NCBI GenBank assembly: GCA_965222375.1
Contig: CBDCTZ010000014.1
Span: 1,120,001 to 1,184,000, forward strand
DNA length: 64,000 bases
Direction of reading: 5' to 3'
Origin: Polyangiaceae bacterium
Lineage (GTDB): Bacteria > Myxococcota_A > Polyangia > Polyangiales > Polyangiaceae
In this document: positions 37,329-45,810 of the stretch, in pieces
Position numbering within the stretch: the first letter of the stretch is position 1
Layout: each line of letters begins with the position of its first letter
The notes under the pieces: model-generated
The model's database searches: none
What the model was told of the DNA's origin: nothing
What the model saw: the letters and a program-made list of their open reading frames with translations, nothing else
Position numbers and translations under genes: made by a program

Positions 37329-39278
37329 TCAGTAGATGTCGTTCGCGGTGTTGTACACGTTGAACTTGCCTGTGGGCGTGACGACCCAGTCCTCTTTGAT
37401 TCGTTTGACTTCTTCGAGGGTCTTGTCGTTGTAGACGATGAGTTCACCCTTCTTGTCCCAACCCGAGACCCACACCTCGGTGCCTTCTTTGTTGTACTCG
37501 AAGTGCACCGTGCGCCCGTGGTCGGTTGGATTCCAGCACTTGTGGATCTTCGCTTCTTTCTTGGAATAGACGCAGATCTTCCGAGTGTTTTCTTCCTTGT
37601 TGGCCAGCGGCGAATCAACCCAAACCCACTGGCTGTTCTTGTGGGTCTTCAGGAACAAGCCGCCGGGCATGTTGTCGAGTTTGATCTTGCGCAGGACCTT
37701 CCAGGCCTTGTCGGGCTCGCCCTTGGGATCCGCGCCGTACACGGCTAGCAGGCCCTCGCCGATGTGCACCGTCCCGTTGACCCAACCGTGCTCGGGATCC
37801 TGCCAGTTTGCCCCTCGGCCCGGGTGGGGCTTGTTACCGGTTTCGAACTTGGTCACCATCTTCTTGGCTTTCAAGTCCACGACCACCATTTGGTTGCGCA
37901 TGTTGGCGGCGACCATGAAGTAGTTGCCGGTGTGATCGAAGCCGCCATCGTGCAGGAAGCGCTCTGTTGGGATCTTCTCCACCATGGGGAAGTCGGGCTT
38001 GGTGTAGTCCACGATCGCCACGTGGCCCGATTCCTTCAAGTTCACGATCCAGATCGGAGCGAAGTGACTCGCAACGATGGAGGCAACGCGCACCTCCTTC
38101 AGTTCTTCCTTGTTGTCGTAGGCCGGCGTCAGCACGTTCTGGAGCGCTTTGGGCTCCAGAGTCTGCCCGTCGAACACGACGTATTGCGGTGGCCAATAGC
38201 AGCCCTGGATCAGGAGCTTGTCCTCCCAGCCCTTGTACTTGGAGCCGTCGATGCTTCGGGCGTCGAAGCAGCCCTTGACCGTAGCAACCAGACTTGGCGT
38301 CTCGGTCCACAGGTCGATCATGCTGACCTTGCCGTCCCGTCCTACGGCGTAGAAGTAGCGACCGGTTTTGCTCGAGCGCAGAATGTGCACTGCGAAGCCG
38401 GTTTCGATGATGGCAACTTTTTCTTTGCTGTCGCCGTCGATGATGGCGACCTTTCCAGCGTCGCGCAGAATCACCCCGAAGTAGTTCTCCCAGTTGCGCT
38501 TGGTTTCTGGCTTTTTCGGGCGCGCGTCGGGTGCCACCAATAGTTTGTGGCTCTCTTTGATCTTGTCGAGGGGTAGCTGCGGTGGCTCCGGCGGATCCAT
38601 CTGCACGTAGTTGGCCATCATCGTGATCTCTTCATCCGTCAGGACGCCCAACTTGCCCCAGGGTGGCATGCCGCCAGGGAGACCGTTAGTCAGCGCCGCC
38701 TTGAGGGCTGCGGTGCCAATCTTCTTGGTGCGTTCCGGTAGGATGTTGGGGCCCGTCGCGCCAGCTCGCAGCGTGCCGTGGCAGCCCGCGCAGCGGTCAA
38801 AGAAGATCTTCTTGGCCTTCTCGAATTTCTCACCCTTGAGGGCGACGAACTTCTCCTCTTTCGGAACCGCCGCGCCGCCCTTGCTCGCCGCTTTGATGTA
38901 GCCGAGCACTTGGTTGATCTTTGCCTCATCCAAGCCGGGGTTCGGCATGGGCACGTTCTTCCACTCCTTGAGGATCTTCTTCCCGATGGGATCGCTCTTG
39001 CCCATCTCGATGGGGTCCTTCATCCACTTGACGAGCCAGGCGTGCTCACGCTTTTCCGTGATGCCTTTCAGATCCGGTCCAGTGCGGTCGCCGCCACCAA
39101 TCGTGTGGCAGGCCTGACAGGTCGTTTCGAAGATCTTCTTACCCGCGGCGATATCGGCGGCGGATGCCTGGGTGGTCTTGCCCTTGGGCTCCTCTTTCTT
39201 CTTGTCACAGGAGCCGAGCAAGAAAGTGAGGCCCAGCAGCACTGCTGTGGAGAACATGGAATGGGTATGTGAACGCAT
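37329..39278 (-). CDS. nirS: Cytochrome cd1 nitrite reductase with extra N-terminal cytochrome c domain (lipoprotein)
   Basis: CQACH plus FDRCAGCHG.LR.GATG; GMPPW; d1-domain His motifs AVHILRSS, FLHDGG and PHPGRG; TPTGKFNVYNT; lipobox LLGSC. Confidence 0.92.
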   Translation of the reverse strand: MRSHTHSMFSTAVLLGLTFLLGSCDKKKEEPKGKTTQASAADIAAGKKIFETTCQACHTIGGGDRTGPDLKGITEKREHAWLVKWMKDPIEMGKSDPIGKKILKEWKNVPMPNPGLDEAKINQVLGYIKAASKGGAAVPKEEKFVALKGEKFEKAKKIFFDRCAGCHGTLRAGATGPNILPERTKKIGTAALKAALTNGLPGGMPPWGKLGVLTDEEITMMANYVQMDPPEPPQLPLDKIKESHKLLVAPDARPKKPETKRNWENYFGVILRDAGKVAIIDGDSKEKVAIIETGFAVHILRSSKTGRYFYAVGRDGKVSMIDLWTETPSLVATVKGCFDARSIDGSKYKGWEDKLLIQGCYWPPQYVVFDGQTLEPKALQNVLTPAYDNKEELKEVRVASIVASHFAPIWIVNLKESGHVAIVDYTKPDFPMVEKIPTERFLHDGGFDHTGNYFMVAANMRNQMVVVDLKAKKMVTKFETGNKPHPGRGANWQDPEHGWVNGTVHIGEGLLAVYGADPKGEPDKAWKVLRKIKLDNMPGGLFLKTHKNSQWVWVDSPLANKEENTRKICVYSKKEAKIHKCWNPTDHGRTVHFEYNKEGTEVWVSGWDKKGELIVYNDKTLEEVKRIKEDWVVTPTGKFNVYNTANDIY

Positions 39279-39348
39279 CAGGAACCTCCCTCGAGGACGC
39301 GGGTTGCCCGCAGCCCCGGAACCTAGGTGGCCCGGGGAATTGTGGATA

Positions 39349-39421
39349 TGACATCCCGCATTTCTACGGGGTTTATGCTAAATTTCAGTGGAGGTTTTTG
39401 TCCAGTGAGTGACATTTCGCA
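39349..39421. promoter_or_regulatory. Direct-repeat pair upstream of nirS
   Basis: TGACATCCCGCA (39349-39360) and TGACATTTCGCA (39410-39421) in an AT-richer spacer. Confidence 0.45.
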
Positions 39422-39541
39422 GGCGGGTGCCGCTGCGGTATTGCGCAGGGCTCGATTGTGCTGTCTCGATTGGCGGGCGGTTTCAGGCGCTCGTTCGCGC
39501 CCTGAGCGCGGGTTAGCAGCGATGGCTTTGAGTCCCGGCCC

Positions 39542-41116
39542 TCACATGCATGCGGGGTCGAAAGTCTTGCGCGCGTTGTACTGAGCAACGCAGAGCGTGT
39601 CCCAACCCGTGCAGCAGCAGTGCTTGTCGATGTTGCAGATGGATTCGACGCACAGGGGTTTCACGGCTTTTGGAGGAAGCCCGCCTGGGTTGCAATGCTT
39701 GTAGCTCCCGGGTTGGGGCTCCCGCGCCAAAACGCTGCCTTCCGTTGCCATGTCGTGCTGGCACATCGGTGGCAGCACTTGGCAATTGGTCGCTGGTTGA
39801 CAGTTTTTGGCCGCGTTTGCGCAGTTCTTATCCCACTTGGTGCAGCAACAGTAGGCGTCTTTGGAGCACACGCTTTCCACGCACTTTTGGTCGACGTTGT
39901 ACTGGCCCGCCGAGTTGTCGCAATGGGTCAGGGTGCCCGTCGCTGAGTCTCGCTCCGCGAGCAAACTGCCCGTCTGGGTCATGCTGTGCGTGCAGTCCGG
40001 CTTCACTAGCTGGTTGCAGGGCTGCTCGCACACACCGGGCGTATTGGACGTAGCGCCTTTGCATTTGCCCGTGCAGCAATCCGCGTCGAACTTGCAGTAG
40101 CCCGTACTGCAGGTCTCACAGCTATTCGTTTGCTGATCGCAGGTCAGGCCGCCACAGCAGTCCACGTCCTTGACGCAGTAGCCGCCCTGGCGGCCACAGG
40201 TCGTTCCGCAGCGATTGAGCACTTTGACGCACTCCTTGTCACCGCAACAGGGCACGGCGCTATTGGGATCACAGGCGGAATCCTGCGGGAAGCAGCCGTC
40301 TTTGATGCAAACACCCGTCACAGGACCGCCCGGGCCAGCTACGGGGCCTGCAGCGCCGACAGGTTCACAGCTGCCCTCGCAGCACTTTGGATCGTTCGGA
40401 TTGCCCGGGTCGCATGGGGCCCCTGTCGCCGCACAGAACGGCACCTGACAGGTACCTTCGTCGCAGGCGAGCCCCTCGCAACATTCCTCCTGGCGTACGC
40501 AGGGAAAGCCACTCTCGAAGCAAACCTGTTCGAAGCAGGTGCCCTTGCCATCCGGTCCGCGGAGGCAGTTCTTGGTGCAGCACTCCGCGTTGTCCGTACA
40601 GCTCTCTCCCGGATCTTTGCACTCGACGCCGCCACAGGTGCCTGTCGTCGGATCGCAATTGAGCCCATCGCAGCAGGGAGCCTCCGCCGAGCAGTCGACT
40701 CCTAGGGGGCGGCAGCACTGCTTGACGTCTTGTCCGGCGGGCGATTGGCAGTCCGCTTTGCCAGTCAGAAAGCCGCAGCAGTCTTCGGTGCGCTCACAAG
40801 CTTGTGTGGCGCCTACACAGAGCGGATCCAGATCCAGGCAGCGTCGCGCGCCGGTGCATTGTTTGGCGCAGGAGAGATCGAGGAACTTCGCAAGCCACTG
40901 CGCCCGCACATCCGCCGGAGCCGTGTCCAGTGCCGTATCTACTTTGACCTTGCAGGCGCCAAGCTCCTCGTCTTCAAAACAGCGGTCCAGTAAGTCGCAC
41001 AGGGTTTCGGGGGAGCTCTCGTAGCCATCCACGTCGAGCAGGCTCGCGCAGCCCACGAGAGAGAGCAGGGACATCAAAGGAACCCAAATGAACCTGCGGC
41101 GAAGCTCGGACGTCAT
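39542..41116 (-). CDS. Large Cys-rich repeat lipoprotein
   Basis: Lipobox LVGC; many C-x5/6-CC repeats; two C-terminal CVES.C..D..CCC..WD..C repeats. Confidence 0.85.
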   Translation of the reverse strand: MTSELRRRFIWVPLMSLLSLVGCASLLDVDGYESSPETLCDLLDRCFEDEELGACKVKVDTALDTAPADVRAQWLAKFLDLSCAKQCTGARRCLDLDPLCVGATQACERTEDCCGFLTGKADCQSPAGQDVKQCCRPLGVDCSAEAPCCDGLNCDPTTGTCGGVECKDPGESCTDNAECCTKNCLRGPDGKGTCFEQVCFESGFPCVRQEECCEGLACDEGTCQVPFCAATGAPCDPGNPNDPKCCEGSCEPVGAAGPVAGPGGPVTGVCIKDGCFPQDSACDPNSAVPCCGDKECVKVLNRCGTTCGRQGGYCVKDVDCCGGLTCDQQTNSCETCSTGYCKFDADCCTGKCKGATSNTPGVCEQPCNQLVKPDCTHSMTQTGSLLAERDSATGTLTHCDNSAGQYNVDQKCVESVCSKDAYCCCTKWDKNCANAAKNCQPATNCQVLPPMCQHDMATEGSVLAREPQPGSYKHCNPGGLPPKAVKPLCVESICNIDKHCCCTGWDTLCVAQYNARKTFDPACM

Positions 41117-41493
41117 TGGCACTGCCCGCCACTGCAGCTCAAGCCTGGGCAGCAAGGGAGGCTCTTGCCCGGGTTACAGGTTTCAATCGATTGTCTGCAG
41201 GTCGGTTCGATGCGCAGACATTCCTTCACGTAGTCCACGGGCGTTTTGCACTCGTGGCAGCTGTTTTCTGAAAAGTTCTGGAGCCAAGCGGCACGAGTCC
41301 CCGCGCTGGCCGAATCCAAGTCGCTATTGAACGCGCGCGCGCAATCGTCGAAGTCTTCAAAGGCCTTCGAGGGGCCACTAACGCATTGGCACAAGGCCGT
41401 GACCGCGGACTGTCGCTCTTCGTCGATACCCAGTGCGCTCACGCACGACGCCATCACGAAAAGCATGACAGCGGATGCGAGGGCGCGCCGCAT
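41113..41493 (-). CDS. Small Cys-rich lipoprotein
   Basis: MRRALASAVMLFVMASC lipobox; overlaps both neighbours. Confidence 0.75.
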   Translation of the reverse strand: MRRALASAVMLFVMASCVSALGIDEERQSAVTALCQCVSGPSKAFEDFDDCARAFNSDLDSASAGTRAAWLQNFSENSCHECKTPVDYVKECLRIEPTCRQSIETCNPGKSLPCCPGLSCSGGQCQ

Positions 41494-42494
41494 CACAATT
41501 CTCCGCGCACACTCAGGCCGCCCGCGTTGGGCGAAAGCCAAGGAGATGCGGTCAAGCGCCGCCGCCCCGTCGCGTGATTGCTGCTAGGCGCCGTGAGAAT
41601 CAGGGTTGCCCCGACCGCCGTCGCCACCACGCCGCCAATGCCGACCCATTGGCCGATCTCCGCGAAAGACTTGGCGGAATCAGCGGCATCCAGACCCTTG
41701 TTGCTGCAAAAGCGCTCAGCACAGGCGTCGGCTTCATCCGCCTCGCTCTTCTTGCTCAGCGCCACCACGCCGAATCCCACGCCGGTCAGAACCGCGGCGA
41801 CGCCAACACCGCCCACCACGTAGCCGATCGTCTTCTGAGAACTCGAGACAGGCCCCCGATCCGGTCCCGGGCCCGGTCCGCCCCCCGGCGGCGCGGGCGC
41901 TGGCGGTGGGAACTGCTTGTCCAAGGCGACTAAGTCGAAGCTCACGTTCTGCTGCTGGGCTTCCGCCAGATCGACGCGTTTTTCTTGCAAGACCTTGTCG
42001 CCGCGACGCACGACTAGCTTGTGCCTGCCCGGATCGACCGGGAGCGCCAGGTTGTACGCGCCGGGCTCGACGCGTACTCCATCTCGGTACACGTCCAGGG
42101 CCGCCACCGGTTGCGCGATAGCCACAGTGAGTTTCGGCAGCCGCGGCACCAGCGCGTCACGCCGCTCGGTTGCAAAGCCGACGCGGTCGTCGCCCATCCG
42201 CTTGGCCATTTCCACGGCCTCGCCCCACTCCGCCCAAGAGGACGCGACCTTGCCGACATTCTCGTGGCAGTCCGCCAGATTCAGCAGAGTGCCGAGAGTG
42301 CGATCCAACTTGTAGCTGGCTTGGAACTTGGGGCAAGCGTCCTTGTAGTTGCCTTGAGCGGTGAGCCCCTTGGCTTCCACGAAAAGCGCTTCCGCCGCTG
42401 CAGCATTTTCACCCGCAGCCTTCGCACCCGGTGAAGTCAGGAGCACCACCAAGCACAAGCAGGGTCCGGCGATCTTTTTGTAGGGCAGCATCAA
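41493..42494 (-). CDS. TPR plus PEGA-like secreted/membrane protein
   Basis: AEALF..ACPKFQASY.LD..GTLLNLADC TPR; VDPGRH PEGA-like; hydrophobic C-terminal segments. Confidence 0.85.
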   Translation of the reverse strand: MMLPYKKIAGPCLCLVVLLTSPGAKAAGENAAAAEALFVEAKGLTAQGNYKDACPKFQASYKLDRTLGTLLNLADCHENVGKVASSWAEWGEAVEMAKRMGDDRVGFATERRDALVPRLPKLTVAIAQPVAALDVYRDGVRVEPGAYNLALPVDPGRHKLVVRRGDKVLQEKRVDLAEAQQQNVSFDLVALDKQFPPPAPAPPGGGPGPGPDRGPVSSSQKTIGYVVGGVGVAAVLTGVGFGVVALSKKSEADEADACAERFCSNKGLDAADSAKSFAEIGQWVGIGGVVATAVGATLILTAPSSNHATGRRRLTASPWLSPNAGGLSVRGEL

Positions 42495-43924
42495 TGTCGT
42501 CCGCTAAGGGGGTCGGGTTTGGGGGCAGGAGCGGTGGTCGTGGCGGTGGCCGTAGGTGTGACGGCTGGGGTCGGCGTGGGTTTGGGGGCGGTTGGCTTGG
42601 CCGTCGGGCGGGGGCCAGGCCAAACCGGTCGTGGAGCCGCGGGCTTATTGGGCTGCACCGAGGCAGATGGCGGAGCTGCTACTCCCGCATCTTCGGCGGG
42701 TGGTTCCGCCGCGGCGTCAGGCGTGAGCTGCGGGGTCACCGTGGGCGTCGTCGGCGTGGGCGCGGTGGCGGCGTTGCCGGAGGGCTCCGAGGTGGGTGAG
42801 GTTGGCGCGGAGCGTACCGAGATGGCCGCAACGACTCCAATGATCGCAAGCGCGCCGATGCCCGCTGCCACAAACACCCTCGACTTGGGTTTGCCTGGTG
42901 CAACCTGAGCCGTGAGCGTGTCCGAGCCAATCGCGCCGTGGGAACTCGCTACCGCGGTTTCGGCCAATGCGCTGGAGGTCCGTTCATGGGGATCGGATTC
43001 CGGCGGCGGGATCGCATGCTGAGACGAGCTCACCAGGTCTCGAATCCCGAGAGCCTGTCCGAGTTCTCGCACCGCCTTTCCGGCGGATGCAAAACGGTCG
43101 ACGGTTTCGCGTGCACAGCAACGCCTGAACCAAGCGTCGAAGGCGGGTCCGAGCTCGGAACCGCGCTCGCTCGGTACGGGCAGGGGCTCGTAGGCAATTT
43201 GAGCAATCAGGTGGGGCAGCGTTTCTGCAGTCCAAGGCTCGGAGCCCACAAGTAGCTTGTGAGCGATGATCCCCAGCGCCCAAACATCCGTCTGGGGAGA
43301 AATCCGGTCAGTTCGCCCGAGGGTCTGCTCGGGCGACATATACAAAGGCGTTCCAAACACTTCGCCAGTCGCCGTGTTGGAAGGCATGCCGCTGCCCGAG
43401 GCCTCGGTCAGCTTGGCGATGCCGAAATCCAGTAGCTTCACGCACGGCGAGCCGTCGTCTCGCAAGGTCAGGATCAGGTTTTCGGGCTTGATGTCCCGAT
43501 GGATGATCCCCAGTCTGTGGGCGCGGTCCAGAGCGCGGGCGATCTGACGTAGGTAGGTCAGCGCTTCCTCGGCTTCGATGCGGCCGCGGCGCTCGAGCAT
43601 GTCGTCGAAGCTCTCGCCGCGGACCAGCTCCATCACCAGAAACGGGGCGTCGTCCAACTCCGCTGCGACATCCGCGTCCGTGACTTTGACCACATGGTCA
43701 CTGTCGATGCGGGCCGGCGCGCGGGACTCACGTCGGAACCGCTCCAGCGCAATCGCATCCGTGGTCAGCTTGGGATCGAGCAGCTTCATCGCCAAGCGGT
43801 GCCCCGTCACCTCGTGCTCCACTTCGTATACGGAGCCCATGCCTCCTTTACCGAGTCGTCGTTCGATTCGGTAGCGACCGCCGACCACTGTGCCGGGGGG
43901 GATTTCGTCGCTCTGACCGGTCAT
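42491..43924 (-). CDS. Membrane Ser/Thr protein kinase
   Basis: LGKGGMGSVY, HRDIKPEN, DFG and GTPLYMSPE motifs; one TM segment; Pro/Thr tail. Confidence 0.95.
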   Translation of the reverse strand: MTGQSDEIPPGTVVGGRYRIERRLGKGGMGSVYEVEHEVTGHRLAMKLLDPKLTTDAIALERFRRESRAPARIDSDHVVKVTDADVAAELDDAPFLVMELVRGESFDDMLERRGRIEAEEALTYLRQIARALDRAHRLGIIHRDIKPENLILTLRDDGSPCVKLLDFGIAKLTEASGSGMPSNTATGEVFGTPLYMSPEQTLGRTDRISPQTDVWALGIIAHKLLVGSEPWTAETLPHLIAQIAYEPLPVPSERGSELGPAFDAWFRRCCARETVDRFASAGKAVRELGQALGIRDLVSSSQHAIPPPESDPHERTSSALAETAVASSHGAIGSDTLTAQVAPGKPKSRVFVAAGIGALAIIGVVAAISVRSAPTSPTSEPSGNAATAPTPTTPTVTPQLTPDAAAEPPAEDAGVAAPPSASVQPNKPAAPRPVWPGPRPTAKPTAPKPTPTPAVTPTATATTTAPAPKPDPLSGRH

Positions 43925-44121
43925 GCTTCAAGAAAAAAGGTGAACGATTTGCCGCAAAAGGCTATCACGCGCCCTCGCAGGCAGGCCAGCTGCGGGCCGC
44001 TATTGCATTCAGTTTCCGAGTAAATCCCGGAAACTTCCGCCGCACGCCTCGGAGCCGTCGCCGCTTCGCGCGTAATGTGCGCCGTTGGCGCGTGTTCCGA
44101 TAGAATTTGCCTCCTCGAGAA

Positions 44122-45309
44122 ATGGACCCCCACTTCCATCAATGGATTTCGCTGCTGATTCGTTGGCTGCACATCATCGCGGGAATCGCCTGGATCGGTA
44201 GCTCCTTCTACTTCAATTGGCTGGACGGAAACCTACGCAAGCCCGAGCGCGAAGAAGATGCCGAGGGCCTGGCTGGGGAGTTGTGGTCCGTTCACGGCGG
44301 AGGCTTCTACGTCGTGCAAAAGTTTCAGGTCGCTCCCGAGCGGCTGCCGAAAACTCTGCACTGGATCAAGTGGGAGGCCTACACCACGTGGATCAGCGGG
44401 TTCTTTTTGCTTGGTTTCGTCTACTACATGGGTGGTCGCGCCTATTTGATAGACGTGGACCAGTCGCCCGTGAGTTTCGGTGCGGCCGTGGGCATCGGAC
44501 TCGGTTCACTGGCCGTTGGCTGGATCATCTACCATCTGCTGGCCGACACACCGCTGGTGCGGGTACCTCTGGCATTCGCCGCGGTGGGCTTTGCACTAGC
44601 GATGGCTGCCGCCTTTGGTCTGTTGCAGATCTTCACGAACCGCGCCGCCTTCATCCACATGGGAGCCATCATCGGCACCATCATGGCGGCCAACGTCTTT
44701 TTCGTGATCATCCCAGGCCAGCGCAAGCTCGTGGATGCTTTGCGAGCGGGCAAAGAACCGGATGCCGCGAGTGGCGCCCGCGCCAAGCAGCGCTCCCTAC
44801 ACAACAACTACATGACCCTGCCGGTGCTGTTCATCATGATCAGCAACCACTACCCGCACACCTTCGAGCACCAATTCAATTGGATCGTGCTAGCGGCGAT
44901 CTCACTGATTGGCGCAGGGGCGCGTCATTGGTTCAACTTGCGCAACCAAGGTCGCCAGAACCGTTGGCTGCTGCCGGCCGCAGCGCTTGCGATGCTCGCC
45001 CTGATCATCGCTTCCAAACCGAAAGCCGCCAGCACCGAGGGCCAGACGGTGGCGTACTCGGATGTTTGGAACGTCATCTCCCAGCGCTGCGCAACCTGCC
45101 ACTCCGCCAACCCCACCGACGACATCTTCAAGTCAGCGCCCAACGGAGTCATCTTCGACACCGGCGAGCAGATCCGAGCCTACGCACCCCAAATCAATCA
45201 GCGCTCCGTACTGACCCAGAGCATGCCCTTGGGCAACAAGACCAAGATGACGCCCGGGGAGCGAGAGCTTCTCGGGCGTTGGATCGCTCAGGGCGCGCCC
45301 ATCGACTAG
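44122..45309 (+). CDS. puuD: Urate hydroxylase PuuD (membrane domain plus cytochrome c)
   Basis: RWLHIIAGIAWIGSSFYF, LWSVHGGGFY, WIKWEAYTTW and RSLHNNYMTLPVLF.MISNHYP motifs; CATCH. Confidence 0.9.
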   Translation: MDPHFHQWISLLIRWLHIIAGIAWIGSSFYFNWLDGNLRKPEREEDAEGLAGELWSVHGGGFYVVQKFQVAPERLPKTLHWIKWEAYTTWISGFFLLGFVYYMGGRAYLIDVDQSPVSFGAAVGIGLGSLAVGWIIYHLLADTPLVRVPLAFAAVGFALAMAAAFGLLQIFTNRAAFIHMGAIIGTIMAANVFFVIIPGQRKLVDALRAGKEPDAASGARAKQRSLHNNYMTLPVLFIMISNHYPHTFEHQFNWIVLAAISLIGAGARHWFNLRNQGRQNRWLLPAAALAMLALIIASKPKAASTEGQTVAYSDVWNVISQRCATCHSANPTDDIFKSAPNGVIFDTGEQIRAYAPQINQRSVLTQSMPLGNKTKMTPGERELLGRWIAQGAPID

Positions 45310-45523
45310 CTGTCGACCCTCTCTTGTGAATGGGAGAGTGAACAGGAAGGTGGGGAAGGTTGGGAAGGAAGAGGGTTTGGGTCTGTTCGGATCTGTAACT
45401 CCATGTAACGGAGCCTGAGCCGGTCTCGCGACAGAGCCCCATCGACCCGCTGTCGACTCGCGTACGCGCGCATACGCGAGTGGGAGAATGAACAGGAAGG
45501 CGGGAAGGTTGGGAAGGAAGAGG
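45298..45523. repeat. Degenerate tandem duplication with purine-rich repeat
   Basis: TGGGAGARTGAACAGGAAGG..GGGAAGGTTGGGAAGGAAG at 45331 and 45481; CCCATCGAC-NN-GCTGTCGAC at 45298 and 45438. Confidence 0.75.
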
Positions 45524-45642
45524 GAGCGGGATGGCTCGCGGCGTTGGGCGGACGCGGGCCTCGCGTCTCGAGCTGGGCCGTGCAGTGCGGATGCAGCTCG
45601 ATTGGGAGCGCTCGGGCCTGGTTCCTTTACAGGGAGCGGTAA

Positions 45643-45810
45643 ATCCGAGCAGACCTTGCGGGTCTGGTTGCGACTGGGCTCCGCAACAAGGACATCGCGA
45701 TTGCTCTCGGAATCAGTCTAGCTACCGTGAAGGACCACGTGCACCGGATCCTGACCAAGACGGGCTTGGATAGCCGAGCGGCCGTCGCCGCGAACTGGGC
45801 TGAACCCTAA
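45643..45810 (+). pseudogene. Truncated LuxR-type HTH fragment
   Basis: LVATGLRNKDIAIALGISLATVKDHVHRILTKTGLDSRAAVA; in-frame TAA at 45640-45642 and no convincing start. Not in the ORF track. Confidence 0.7.

Noticed and set aside
37329..39278. Calling this gene nirN rather than nirS
   Set aside because: It retains the NirS-type motifs AVH, FLHDGG, PHPGRG, GMPPW and TPTGKFNVYNT. Only a phylogeny would settle this fully.
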